From Flavobacteriaceae bacterium (GTDB lineage Bacteria > Bacteroidota > Bacteroidia > Flavobacteriales > Flavobacteriaceae): DNA of 54,064 nucleotides. The stretch is from assembly GCA_029245825.1 (NCBI GenBank), contig JAQWON010000011.1, positions 1-54,064 on the forward strand, read 5' to 3'. Shown piece by piece: positions 26,750 through 37,072 of the stretch. The notes below the pieces were generated by a model. The model saw only the letters and a list, made by a program, of their open reading frames with translations. It did no database searches and was not told where the DNA came from. How positions within the stretch are numbered: the first letter of the stretch is position 1; each line of letters begins with the position of its first letter. The position numbers were made by a program, and so were the translations under genes.

Positions 26750-27493
26750 ATGGGTGAAATTAATATAAAAATAAAAGATCATATTGGAAAAATAACCTTT
26801 CATCATCCTAAAGGAAATTGTCTCTCGCAGGAAATCATAAATAAGTTAATTACACTTTTAGAAAAAGCTGATAAAGATCCTAAAATTGCAGTGATTTTAA
26901 TTCAAAGTAAAGGAGGTAATGCTTTTTGTTCAGGCGCATCTCTTCAAGCTCTAAAAAAAATATCGACTATAAATGAAGGAATAAGTTTTTTTATGAATTT
27001 TTCTAATTTAATTAATGCTATTAGGAAACTTTCGAAATTTGTTATAGCAAGAGTGAATGGCCCTTCTGTTGGTGGAGGTGTCGGTTTAATCTCGGTCTGT
27101 GATTATGTTTTTGCTTGCAAACAAGCCTCCATAAAATTGTCAGAATTGTCCCTTGGCATAGGCCCTTACGTTATTGAACCTGCAGTTAGTAGAAAAATAG
27201 GATCACCTGCTTTTGCAGAATTGTCTCTTGATAGTAAGGAATGGAAAAGTTCTAAATGGGCAAAAGAGAAAGGCCTCTTTAATCAAATTTCAGAAAATAT
27301 TGATCAGATGGATATCGAAATAGAAAAAAAGATAGTTTCTTTTGCTTCTTTCCCAAAAGAAGCGTCTAAAAAGCTAAGACAATTACATTGGAAAGGGACT
27401 GACCATTGGGATGAATTACTCCCAAAAAATGCAAAAATAACAGCTGAGTTGGCACTTTCAAATTTCACCCAAAAAATTATAAAATCTCTCTAA
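26750..27493 (+). CDS. Enoyl-CoA hydratase/isomerase (methylglutaconyl-CoA hydratase-like)
   Basis: FCSGA, VGGGVGL, LSELSLGIGP. Confidence 0.9.
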   Translation: MGEINIKIKDHIGKITFHHPKGNCLSQEIINKLITLLEKADKDPKIAVILIQSKGGNAFCSGASLQALKKISTINEGISFFMNFSNLINAIRKLSKFVIARVNGPSVGGGVGLISVCDYVFACKQASIKLSELSLGIGPYVIEPAVSRKIGSPAFAELSLDSKEWKSSKWAKEKGLFNQISENIDQMDIEIEKKIVSFASFPKEASKKLRQLHWKGTDHWDELLPKNAKITAELALSNFTQKIIKSL

Positions 27494-27496
27494 CTA

Positions 27497-27949
27497 ATGA
27501 AAAGGAAAATTCGTATAACAAAACAATTTAATTTTGAAACAGCACACGCGCTTTATGGATATGATGGATTATGTAAAAATGTGCATGGCCATAGTTATAA
27601 ATTAGATGTGACTGTAATAGGAAACCCAATAAACGATACAAATCATAAAAAAAATGGTATGCTTATTGATTTTAGTGAATTAAAAAAAATTGTTAAGAAA
27701 AAGATTGTTTCTGTATTTGATCACTCTATAATATTAAACGTGACCTCTCCGCATAAAGATTTAGCAGATAATCTGGAAGAAAAAGGTCATAAAGTGGTTA
27801 GGGTTAATTATCAACCTACCTGCGAACTAATGATTCTTGATTTTTCAAAAATTATTTCTAATGAACTCCCAAGTAATATAAAGCTATACTCATTAAAATT
27901 GAGAGAAACTGAAACTTCTTATTCAGAGTGGTATGCAGAAGATAACTAA
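27497..27949 (+). CDS. queD: 6-carboxytetrahydropterin synthase
   Basis: FETAH, CKNVHGHSY, IDF, FDH, PTCE, ET. Confidence 0.92.
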   Translation: MKRKIRITKQFNFETAHALYGYDGLCKNVHGHSYKLDVTVIGNPINDTNHKKNGMLIDFSELKKIVKKKIVSVFDHSIILNVTSPHKDLADNLEEKGHKVVRVNYQPTCELMILDFSKIISNELPSNIKLYSLKLRETETSYSEWYAEDN

Positions 27950-30267
27950 AAACCTAATTCTTTTAAATTTGTTTTCTTCCTTGATTTTATCTTTTTAGGG
28001 GATAACATGTTTTCACAGTCTATATTAATAGTCAACTTTTCAGGCTCTTCAAAATCATCAACCGAAATTTCTAGCTCTGGAATTTCATAAGCCCTCTTCA
28101 TATAAAGAGCCCATATAGGAAGAGCCATAGTAGCTCCTTGCCCAAAAGCAATTTCTTCAAAATGTACAGATCGATCTTCTCCTCCAACCCAAACTCCCGA
28201 AACCAAATTAGGCACCATGCCTATAAACCATCCATCACTTTGATTTTGAGTTGTACCTGTTTTACCAGCTATAGGATTATCAAAAATGTAGGGATATCCA
28301 GTTACAACATTCTCATAAACATAGTTTGTTTTTTCTAAACCAGCATGTCTTAATCTACCTCCAGATCCATATTTTGTAACTCCTTTAAGCAAATTTATTG
28401 TAACGTAAGCAGCTTCTTGACTAATAACATCTGTTGTGTTAGGGACAACTTCAAAAAGGGGCATGCCATTTTTATTTTCAATTCTAGTAATTATTATAGG
28501 TTCAATATAAATTCCTTTATTTACAAAGGTCCCGTATGCTCCAACCATTTCAAAAAGGCTAATGTCAGGTGTCCCCAAGGCTATTGAAGGAACGTTTGGT
28601 AAACGAGAAGTTACTCCAGTTTTTCTGACTAGATCAATTACAGGTTTAGGACCAACCATATCCATTATTCTTGCGCTAACAGTATTAACAGAATTTGCTA
28701 AAGCATTTTTTAGTGTCCTCATTCTACCATACCTATCGCCTGAATTTTTAGGACACCACGGGTCAATATTTCCATGTTTCATTGCGTCTATGCAATAAAG
28801 TGCATCAGGTAATGAATCGCAAGGAGATAATTTTAATTGATCAATTGCAGTTGCATACAAAAAAGGTTTAAAAGTTGAACCAATTTGTCTCCTGCCTTGT
28901 TTAACTTGATCATATTGGAAATGTTTGTAATTAAATCCTCCCACCCATGTCTTAACATGTCCTGTTTGAGGGTCCATAGACATTAGGGAGGCTCTTAAAA
29001 AATGCTTATAATAACGGATTGAATCCATTGGAGTCATAACAGTATCTATTTCCCTATCCCAACTAAAAATAGTCATAGGAGTTTTTTTAAAAAAACTATT
29101 GAAAATCTGATCATCTGTTAGTCCAAGATTAGACATTTTTCTCCATCTTTCACTCCTCCTTGCAGTCCTCTCTAAAAGAGTGTCTATTTCTCCCTCTCTT
29201 AGATTAAGAAATGGTGCTGTCGGATTAATTTCTTCTGTGTTTTGATTAAAAAATTCCTTTTGAAGATTTTTCATATGCTCTGAAACAGATTCTTCACCAA
29301 TAATCTGTAGCCTGGAATCTATAGTGGTATATATTTTGAGTCCATCCCTATATAAATTATATGTTGATCCATCTGCTTTATAGTTTTTTTTAGTCCACTT
29401 CTTCATAAAATCCTGTAAGTATGCACGAAAGTAAGTGGCGAGACCCTCCCGATGAGATTCCGGAGTAAACTTAATCTCTAAATCAAGCATGCTAAGTGAG
29501 TCTTTTTCTCTCTTAGTAAGTAATTTGTTCCTGTACATCTGCTGAAAAACAACATTCCTTCTTTTTGTAACAAGTTCTGGTCTTCTAATAGGATTGTAAA
29601 GTGAGGAGTTTTTTAGCATTCCAACTAAAGTAGCGGATTGTTCTATGGTGAGATTTTCTGGATTACTATCAAAAAATATTTTTGCGGCAGATCTTACTCC
29701 ATCAGCGTTGTATCCAAAGTCATAAATATTTAAATACATAGCTATAATTTCTTCTTTTGTATATCTTCTCTCCAATTGAATGGAAAGAACCCATTCTTTT
29801 ATCTTTTGAATTATTGCTTCTTTTTTATTTCTTGAACGCACTCCAACAAAAAGTTGCCTTGCTAATTGTTGGGTAATTGTACTGGCTCCTCCTCTTTCTC
29901 CTAAAAAATAAATTGCTCTTAATGTAGCATACCAATCAATCCCTGAATGATCATAATACCTTTCATCTTCTGTCGCAATTAATGCCTGAACAATATTTTT
30001 TGGAAGCCCTTCATATGTTATCGGAGTCCTATTATCGTTATAATAAAACTTGCCTAATACAACTCCATCAGATGAAATAATTTGAGTCGCTAAGTTAGTT
30101 TTAGGGTTCTCTAATTGCTCAAATGCTGGCATTTCTCCCAAATAACCGAGCGCAGTGTATATAAATATGCCGATGAAAAGACAAATACCTATCAAAAAGG
30201 AAGCCCAAAATAGGGTGATTTGAATTTTATATTTGTCATTATTTATAAATTTGAATGACTTTTTCAT
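27946..30267 (-). CDS. Penicillin-binding protein 1A (bifunctional transglycosylase/transpeptidase)
   Basis: ATEDERY, GASTITQQLAR; STFK (SxxK), SVN, KTGT. Confidence 0.95.
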   Translation of the reverse strand: MKKSFKFINNDKYKIQITLFWASFLIGICLFIGIFIYTALGYLGEMPAFEQLENPKTNLATQIISSDGVVLGKFYYNDNRTPITYEGLPKNIVQALIATEDERYYDHSGIDWYATLRAIYFLGERGGASTITQQLARQLFVGVRSRNKKEAIIQKIKEWVLSIQLERRYTKEEIIAMYLNIYDFGYNADGVRSAAKIFFDSNPENLTIEQSATLVGMLKNSSLYNPIRRPELVTKRRNVVFQQMYRNKLLTKREKDSLSMLDLEIKFTPESHREGLATYFRAYLQDFMKKWTKKNYKADGSTYNLYRDGLKIYTTIDSRLQIIGEESVSEHMKNLQKEFFNQNTEEINPTAPFLNLREGEIDTLLERTARRSERWRKMSNLGLTDDQIFNSFFKKTPMTIFSWDREIDTVMTPMDSIRYYKHFLRASLMSMDPQTGHVKTWVGGFNYKHFQYDQVKQGRRQIGSTFKPFLYATAIDQLKLSPCDSLPDALYCIDAMKHGNIDPWCPKNSGDRYGRMRTLKNALANSVNTVSARIMDMVGPKPVIDLVRKTGVTSRLPNVPSIALGTPDISLFEMVGAYGTFVNKGIYIEPIIITRIENKNGMPLFEVVPNTTDVISQEAAYVTINLLKGVTKYGSGGRLRHAGLEKTNYVYENVVTGYPYIFDNPIAGKTGTTQNQSDGWFIGMVPNLVSGVWVGGEDRSVHFEEIAFGQGATMALPIWALYMKRAYEIPELEISVDDFEEPEKLTINIDCENMLSPKKIKSRKKTNLKELGF

Positions 30268-30776
30268 TAATTTTTATTTGTTATTTCTATGGACAATCCA
30301 ACACCTACTATTCCTTCTAAGTTTTCAATACCATTTTCTATTCCATTTGACCTAACAGCTTGTTCAATAACTACATTTATTTTTTTCCCTTTTGGGATAA
30401 TAAAATCCTCTTTCCACCAAAGCCTACTCTCCTTGACTTCTGTAAATCCATCACCTAACCAATTCCCTTTAGAATCAGCTAATTCATACTCCAGAGTATC
30501 ACGGGAAAAAAGTTTTCCTTCTACCTCAATTGAAGCTATCAGAAAAATGTTAGAAAAAGCATAGCTGTTATCATTTCTAATATGAATAATAAAGTTTGCT
30601 GTTTTTTCAGAAAATGGTGAGATCATAAATTTTGCTTTATCACTAGCCCCCCATCCATAATTAAAGTTTTTATATTCAATAATAGTATTACTGTTAGAAC
30701 AGGAAAAAAGGATAAAAGTGAAGAAATAAAAAGATCTAAAAATCTTGTTATTTAAGTTCATTTTTTTGAAAATCAT
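30267..30776 (-). CDS. gldH: Gliding motility lipoprotein GldH
   Basis: Lipobox LFSC; RNDNSYAFSNIFLI, DTLEYELAD..G.WLG.G, EQAVR, GIVGVG. Confidence 0.9.
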   Translation of the reverse strand: MIFKKMNLNNKIFRSFYFFTFILFSCSNSNTIIEYKNFNYGWGASDKAKFMISPFSEKTANFIIHIRNDNSYAFSNIFLIASIEVEGKLFSRDTLEYELADSKGNWLGDGFTEVKESRLWWKEDFIIPKGKKINVVIEQAVRSNGIENGIENLEGIVGVGLSIEITNKN

Positions 30777-31804
30777 GTTTTATACTTTAAGGTTTTTGAT
30801 CTTCCTTTCTTAAAAACTTTATGGCTATTTTTTTTTGCCTTTCTCAGTGATTTCTGTTTTTCATAGGGAAGATTTATTATTTTTTGGCAATCTAAAGAAC
30901 AGCAGCCATCATAAGTTTTGCTACAATCTGAACATTGAATAAATAATAGGTTGCACGCAGGGTTAGTACAATTTACATGAGAATCACAAGAAGCGTTACA
31001 TAAATGACAGTTTGATATTATATCTTTAGAAATTCTTTCCCCTTTTCTTTCATCAAAAACAAAATTTATACCCTTGAATTTATTTTCCAGCTTCATTTCT
31101 CTAGCCTGTCTAGCATATTCTATGACACCCCCCTTCATTTGAAAAACCTTTTTAAATCCCTTTTGTTTAAAATAAGCACTTGCTTTTTCACACCTTATTC
31201 CTCCTGTACAATACAGAAGAAAATTTTTGTTATTTTTTTCATTAAAAAATGTTTTTTCAATTAATGGAAGAGACTCCCTAAAAGTATCAACATCTGGAAT
31301 AATTGCATTTTTAAAATGTCCTACTTCACTCTCATAATGATTTCTCATATCAATACATATAGTATCTTTTTTTTCAAGCAGCTTATTAAATTCAGAAGCA
31401 TCAACATAAGTCCCTCGTTTAGATAAATCAATTTTTTGGCTTTCAAGTCCATCAGCAACTATTTTATTCTTAACCTTAATAGTAAGCTTTAAAAAAGATT
31501 TATTTTCATTCACAAGCGCATAATTCAAAGGAATATTTTTTAAAAAAGTTATCTTATCAAGCTCGTTTCTTAAGAAAGGAAGGTTCTCAAGTGGTAATGA
31601 AATTTGAGCGTTTATCCCTTCACTTGCAATATAAATTCTGCCCAAAACATCAATAGCTGAAAGCTTAACATATAAATAATTTCTAAAGATTTTTGGATTG
31701 CCTAAATATGAATACTTATAAAATGATAATACAATTCTATTTTTCCCAGATTTATCAATTAAATCGGATTGTTCTTTTATGTTTAATTTGTTATAAAATT
31801 GCAT
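30773..31804 (-). CDS. trhO: Rhodanese-domain tRNA U34 hydroxylase (UPF0176/YceA)
   Basis: GRIYIASEGINAQ, DMRNHYE..VGHF, YCTGGIRCEKAS, FVFDER, Cys-rich tail. Confidence 0.9.
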   Translation of the reverse strand: MQFYNKLNIKEQSDLIDKSGKNRIVLSFYKYSYLGNPKIFRNYLYVKLSAIDVLGRIYIASEGINAQISLPLENLPFLRNELDKITFLKNIPLNYALVNENKSFLKLTIKVKNKIVADGLESQKIDLSKRGTYVDASEFNKLLEKKDTICIDMRNHYESEVGHFKNAIIPDVDTFRESLPLIEKTFFNEKNNKNFLLYCTGGIRCEKASAYFKQKGFKKVFQMKGGVIEYARQAREMKLENKFKGINFVFDERKGERISKDIISNCHLCNASCDSHVNCTNPACNLLFIQCSDCSKTYDGCCSLDCQKIINLPYEKQKSLRKAKKNSHKVFKKGRSKTLKYKT

Positions 31805-31958
31805 TCGCTTGTGTCATTAGATAAGTTGTAAAATTACAAAAAGATATTTTTTAACAATTTTATCGTTCTAAAAAAATAAAGTTTAAAATTGTTAATAATA
31901 GATAGTATTCTATTTTGTGAAGAAATCATATTAGTATTACATTAGCATAAAAGGTAAC

Positions 31959-32966
31959 ATGTCAGATTTAAAAAACGCAAAATTAAAAGCTCTACAATTA
32001 ACACTTGACAAGTTAGATAAAACATACGGTAAAGGAACCGTTATGAAACTTGGGGAGGCGAGCGGCGAAGAAATTGAATCTATTCCTTCAGGATCAATTG
32101 GTCTGGATCACGCTATGGGAGTTGGCGGTTATCCAAAGGGGCGTATAATAGAAATATACGGTCCAGAATCCTCGGGAAAAACCACCCTTACTTTGCATGC
32201 AATTGCTGAGTGTCAGAAGGCGGGGGGAATTTGTGCTTTTATTGATGCTGAACATGCATTTGACCGTTTTTATGCTGAAAAGCTAGGAATAGATCTTGGA
32301 GAACTAATTATATCGCAGCCAGATCATGGAGAACAAGGTCTTGAAATTACTGACAATTTAATTCGCTCTGGAGCAGTTGATCTTGTTGTTATTGACTCAG
32401 TTGCTGCATTAACTCCAAAAAGTGAGATAGAAGGAGAAATGGGAGATTCAAAAATGGGATTGCATGCACGATTAATGTCACAAGCTCTAAGAAAATTAAC
32501 TGGTTCAATTAGTAAAACAAAATGTGCTGTTTTTTTTATTAATCAACTCCGTGAAAAAATTGGAGTGATGTTTGGTAACCCTGAAACAACTACTGGTGGA
32601 AATGCCTTAAAATTCTATGCCTCTGTCAGATTAGATATTAGAAGGTCTACTCAAATTAAAGGTCCTGATGCCGAGGTTCTTGGAAACAGAACTAGAGTTA
32701 AGGTTGTTAAAAATAAAGTCGCGCCTCCTTTCAAGACAACTGAGTTTGATATAATGTATGGAGAGGGTATTTCCAAAATAGGAGAAATTCTTGATTTGGG
32801 GGTAAATAATGAAATCATTAAAAAAAGTGGCTCTTGGTTTAGTTATGGTGAAACAAAGCTAGGGCAAGGGAGAGATACGGTTAAAATACTTTTTCAAGAC
32901 AATCCAGAGCTTTTAGAAGAACTTGAGGGGAAGATTATGTCTTCACTCAAAAGTGATGCAGAATAA
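31959..32966 (+). CDS. recA: Recombinase RecA
   Basis: [39 protein letters not shown]. Confidence 0.99.
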   Translation: MSDLKNAKLKALQLTLDKLDKTYGKGTVMKLGEASGEEIESIPSGSIGLDHAMGVGGYPKGRIIEIYGPESSGKTTLTLHAIAECQKAGGICAFIDAEHAFDRFYAEKLGIDLGELIISQPDHGEQGLEITDNLIRSGAVDLVVIDSVAALTPKSEIEGEMGDSKMGLHARLMSQALRKLTGSISKTKCAVFFINQLREKIGVMFGNPETTTGGNALKFYASVRLDIRRSTQIKGPDAEVLGNRTRVKVVKNKVAPPFKTTEFDIMYGEGISKIGEILDLGVNNEIIKKSGSWFSYGETKLGQGRDTVKILFQDNPELLEELEGKIMSSLKSDAE

Positions 32967-32967
32967 T

Positions 32968-33765
32968 TTAAGATATTTTATTAATTCGTTTCCAAGTATC
33001 TATTGCTTCAAGCGCTGATCTTTCAGGATCTTTTCTTAACTCAGAATCTATGAGATTATAAATTTTATTTTGCGTTTTTGGTATATCTTTTTCAATCATT
33101 CCTTTTGTCAAAACTGAAGGGTAAACATTAACTCTTAATTTCCCCGGGTATCCATGTGTTGTATACCACGGTTGTTTCCTTTTACAATCAAAAAAGACCG
33201 TCGGAACTATTGGGAACTGATGGAAAACAGCAATTTTAAATGCTCCGTGTTTGAAAGGATTTAACAAAATTGTTTCATCAAAGTAATTTTTCTCTGGAAA
33301 AATACATACACTGTAACCTTTGTCAAGAACATTGTCTGCCCTGCTATAAACCCCATATCTGCTCTTAGAACTACTCCTATCAACCATAATAGCAGCTCGT
33401 TTATATATATAGCCAAAAAGAGGTATTTTAACAAGCTCTTTTTTTCCCACAAACACAAACGGTTTTTTAAAAACTCGTAGCATAACAAAAGGATCAATAT
33501 AACTTGTGTGATTTGCAACAAACATATATTGTTGATTTTTATTTATTTCCCCTTTATATTTAATTTCCAACCAAAAACCCATTCCATATAAAATAATTGG
33601 GGCCCAAATATTTCTTGCTATCCAAAAAATGTGTTTATAAAAATTTGGCAGAAATAATATAAAAACCAAAATAGGGAAAAGAAAAATTATTGGTATAGAT
33701 GCCAACAAATAAAACCAGATACGCCAAAGAATTAATAAAACTCTTCTCACTTTATAAAAATACAA
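32968..33765 (-). CDS. Lysophospholipid (1-acyl-sn-glycerol-3-phosphate) acyltransferase
   Basis: NHTSYID, FVGKKEL, VDR, IFPE; start uncertain. Confidence 0.9.
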   Translation of the reverse strand: MYFYKVRRVLLILWRIWFYLLASIPIIFLFPILVFILFLPNFYKHIFWIARNIWAPIILYGMGFWLEIKYKGEINKNQQYMFVANHTSYIDPFVMLRVFKKPFVFVGKKELVKIPLFGYIYKRAAIMVDRSSSKSRYGVYSRADNVLDKGYSVCIFPEKNYFDETILLNPFKHGAFKIAVFHQFPIVPTVFFDCKRKQPWYTTHGYPGKLRVNVYPSVLTKGMIEKDIPKTQNKIYNLIDSELRKDPERSALEAIDTWKRINKIS

Positions 33766-33800
33766 TTTTAAACTCTCCTCAATAAGCTTTGAAAAGAAAG

Positions 33801-33831
33801 TTTGTACAACTAAGGAAATAAAATATCTTTG
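33801..33831 (+). promoter_or_regulatory. Bacteroidota sigma70 promoter of trpS
   Basis: Exact consensus TTTG(33801-04)-N19-TATCTTTG(33824-31). Confidence 0.75.
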
Positions 33832-33848
33832 TTAAAGAGCTAACAAAA

Positions 33849-34817
33849 ATGGCCAGAATATTAACAGGCGTACAATCAACAGGCGTTCCTCATCTTGGGA
33901 ATCTCCTTGGCGCAGTTTTACCAGCAATAGAATTATCAAAAAACAAAAAAAATGAATGCTTTTTCTTTATTGCTGATCTTCATTCCCTTACTCAAATAAA
34001 AGAAGCTGCATTGCTAAAAAAAAACACTTTATTAACAGCTGCAACATGGCTCGCTTGTGGATTGGATACAAAAAGAACCGTATTTTATAAACAGAGTGAT
34101 GTAAGTGAAGTTAGTGAATTAGCATGGTTTTTAAGCTGTTTTTTCCCTTATCAAAGATTAACTTTAGCACACTCTTTCAAAGACAAAAAAAATAATTTAA
34201 GAGATGTGAATGCAGGGATTTTTTCATATCCTCTTCTCATGGCCGCTGACATTCTCCTTTATGATGCAGAAATTGTCCCTGTTGGTAAAGATCAATTGCA
34301 ACATCTAGAAATGACAAGAGATGTAGCTTCACGATTTAACCAAAAAATGGGGAAAACTCTTGTTTTGCCTAATGCCAAACTAGAAAAAAACACTCATTTT
34401 GTTCCCGGAACAGACGGAGCTAAAATGAGTAAATCAAAAAATAATGTTATAAATATCTTTCTCCCTGAAAAAGATTTGAAAAAACAAATAATGTCTATTA
34501 AAACAGATAGTACTCCTGTAGAATCTCCTAAAGATCCTGAAATATGTAATGTTTTTAAAATATTTAAGTTAATTGCGCCAATAAAAAATATTTCAGAAAT
34601 GAAAGAGAAATACTTAAAAGGGGGGATGGGTTATGGTGATGCCAAAAAACAGCTCTTAGATATGATTTTAAATAAATTTAGGAAAGAAAGAGAAAAATTT
34701 AATTACTATTGCTCTAATCCTGAAGAAGTAAATATAGCTCTTTCAAAAGGAGCTATTAAAGCCCGAAAAGTTTCAAAAGAAGTGCTCCTTAGGGTTCGAA
34801 AAAATACTGGATATTAA
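33849..34817 (+). CDS. trpS: Tryptophan--tRNA ligase
   Basis: HLGN, YPLLMAADIL, VPVGKDQ, KMSKS. Confidence 0.98.
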   Translation: MARILTGVQSTGVPHLGNLLGAVLPAIELSKNKKNECFFFIADLHSLTQIKEAALLKKNTLLTAATWLACGLDTKRTVFYKQSDVSEVSELAWFLSCFFPYQRLTLAHSFKDKKNNLRDVNAGIFSYPLLMAADILLYDAEIVPVGKDQLQHLEMTRDVASRFNQKMGKTLVLPNAKLEKNTHFVPGTDGAKMSKSKNNVINIFLPEKDLKKQIMSIKTDSTPVESPKDPEICNVFKIFKLIAPIKNISEMKEKYLKGGMGYGDAKKQLLDMILNKFRKEREKFNYYCSNPEEVNIALSKGAIKARKVSKEVLLRVRKNTGY

Positions 34818-34881
34818 TTTCTATTTAAAATATATAAATGACCAAAACGTTATTAAAAGGTATATATTTTAGTATTTTTGA

Positions 34882-35850
34882 ATGATGTTGATCAAGCAAT
34901 ATATCAAAGAGTTGCTCTATGTTCATGAATGTGTTACAATTCCCAGTTTGGGGGCGTTTCTAACTCAATCAAATAGAGCATATGTAGATTATGAAGTTGG
35001 TGACTTTGAACCTCCAAAAAAAATTATTGGTTTCAATATATTACTTAAAAATAATGATGGTGTTTTAGCTAATCATTTGGCAAAAAAAGAAAAAATTTCT
35101 TATGAAAAAGCCATAAAAAAAATTGAAAAAGAAGTGATAATATGGAAACAAAGACTTAATACTCAAAATTTATTTTTCCCTGGAATTGGGGAAATGAAAT
35201 TAACTTATGATAAGAAAATAGAATTTTTCCCTTCTAGGCAAATAAATTTTGATTCTAATTCTTTTGGATTAAAGCCCTTTAATAGGAGTCCAATAAAAAA
35301 AATACTGCCGTTTTCAGATAATAAAAAATTATTTCATATGGATAATCAAACAAAAGACGATTTAATGTTTACACCTGAGGAAAAAAAATCAAAAAATCCT
35401 CTTTTAAAATACGCTGCAATTGCTGTTTTAACGATAGCGTTAATTGGGGCTTCATATTATTATGGTGACAAATACGTGACTGAGCAGAAATTAGAAGCAA
35501 CTAAAATAGCTCAAAAAAAAATCAAGGATAATGTCTTAAATGCAACATTTGACTTAGGTGCTGTTTCAAAAATAGAATTGAATTTTGACAGTGAAAGTAA
35601 TTATATAGAGACAGCTTCTGAATTCAACTACTATAGTATTATTGCCGGTTCTTTTAGATCAATGTCTAATGCTGAGAAAAAACTTGCATCACTAATAGAA
35701 GAGGGATACAATGCTGACTATAGCAAATCTAGCCTTGAAGGTTTATATCGTGTTGCTTATGGAAGATTTGAGTCAAAAAAAGAAGCCTTAAAACTGCTTA
35801 ATTTTATTAAGTATACTCTTGAGGAAGAAGCTTGGTATCTAGAGGAATAG
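34882..35850 (+). CDS. HU-like (CCDC81-type) + TM + SPOR domain protein
   Basis: LL..HECVTIP.LGAF, NDGVLAN; central TM; IIAGSFRS..NA...LYRVAYG (SPOR). Confidence 0.85.
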   Translation: MMLIKQYIKELLYVHECVTIPSLGAFLTQSNRAYVDYEVGDFEPPKKIIGFNILLKNNDGVLANHLAKKEKISYEKAIKKIEKEVIIWKQRLNTQNLFFPGIGEMKLTYDKKIEFFPSRQINFDSNSFGLKPFNRSPIKKILPFSDNKKLFHMDNQTKDDLMFTPEEKKSKNPLLKYAAIAVLTIALIGASYYYGDKYVTEQKLEATKIAQKKIKDNVLNATFDLGAVSKIELNFDSESNYIETASEFNYYSIIAGSFRSMSNAEKKLASLIEEGYNADYSKSSLEGLYRVAYGRFESKKEALKLLNFIKYTLEEEAWYLEE

Positions 35851-35854
35851 TTTA

Positions 35855-37072
35855 TTACATTTTATAAATCCATGTTTTTGGATTTATTGGTTTGATCCCC
35901 TCAAAAATTCCAAACTGTAGTGTAGTTTTCCCGCTATTAGGATGAGTGAATGCTTCTCCTATAACTTGTTTAGATAGAATTTCATCTCCTTTTTTTACAA
36001 AGACCTTCCCGATATTTTTGTAGGTTGATATATAATTACCATGTCTAATTAATATTGTGGGGTTGCTCCCCTTAAAACTTAATATCGACATCACTTCCCC
36101 ATTAAAAACAGCTCTTATGCTGGCATTTTTAACTGTTGCTATTGTAACACCATTACTTTTTATGATTGCAGTCTTAATGATTGGATGAGGTTGTTTTCCA
36201 AAATCTTGAATAACAATACCCTTTTCAACAGGCCAAGGTAATTTGCCTTTATTTAAAACAAAATTTTTAGACAACGTCTTCAATTCAGGCGTTAAATTAA
36301 ATTCATTTGATAAAGGATCTTTATTTTTATTTGATTCGGCAATAGCCTCCTTAATTAATCGATCAATTTCAAGGTCAATAGCAGCTGACCGTTTTTGTTT
36401 TTTCTTAATTTCTGAAGCTAAAGAAATTCCTTTTCTTTTTAAAGATAAGATAATGTCTTCCTGAAATCTTTGCTCTTTTTCCAACACTTCTTTAATTTGT
36501 TTATTATCATTAACTATTTCTTTTTTCTTATTTCTTTGATTCGTTAAAATACCATTCGTTTCTTCTATTGTCTTTGCTTTTTCAACTATCTTTTTTCCTT
36601 GATTAATTCTATATTCAGAATATTGCTGTAGATATTGCAATCTTTTATAGGCTTGCAAAAAATTTTCAGAAGAAAAAAGAAACATCAGTCTACTTTTTGA
36701 TGACTTGCTTTGATATGAATTCTGAATCATTTTAGCATAATCATTCTTTAGCCTTTTTAATTCATCACTAAGATTACTTCTTTTTCTTTCATTAAGATTA
36801 ATTTGATTTTGTAAAATATTTGCCTGTTTATTATTTGTTGCTATTAGTTTCATTCTGACTGAAATTTTCAAGCCTAAGTCTTCAGTCTGAGAAATAAGGC
36901 TTTTTTCTTTTTTTATATTCTGAAAAAGGAGTGAATTAATTTGTCTAATCTCATCTTGAAGCTTTTTCCTTTGAAATTCAAGTTGATTTTGCTTTTCTAA
37001 ATAGTTTTGTGCATTTAAAGTTGTCATAAAACTAGAAAGAAAGACAATTAGAATTAATCTAATAAAAATCAT
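35855..37072 (-). CDS. Murein hydrolase activator EnvC family (degenerate M23)
   Basis: Long coiled coil; KGKLPWPV; Zn-ligand motifs replaced (SNGVT, TLQF). Confidence 0.88.
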   Translation of the reverse strand: MIFIRLILIVFLSSFMTTLNAQNYLEKQNQLEFQRKKLQDEIRQINSLLFQNIKKEKSLISQTEDLGLKISVRMKLIATNNKQANILQNQINLNERKRSNLSDELKRLKNDYAKMIQNSYQSKSSKSRLMFLFSSENFLQAYKRLQYLQQYSEYRINQGKKIVEKAKTIEETNGILTNQRNKKKEIVNDNKQIKEVLEKEQRFQEDIILSLKRKGISLASEIKKKQKRSAAIDLEIDRLIKEAIAESNKNKDPLSNEFNLTPELKTLSKNFVLNKGKLPWPVEKGIVIQDFGKQPHPIIKTAIIKSNGVTIATVKNASIRAVFNGEVMSILSFKGSNPTILIRHGNYISTYKNIGKVFVKKGDEILSKQVIGEAFTHPNSGKTTLQFGIFEGIKPINPKTWIYKM

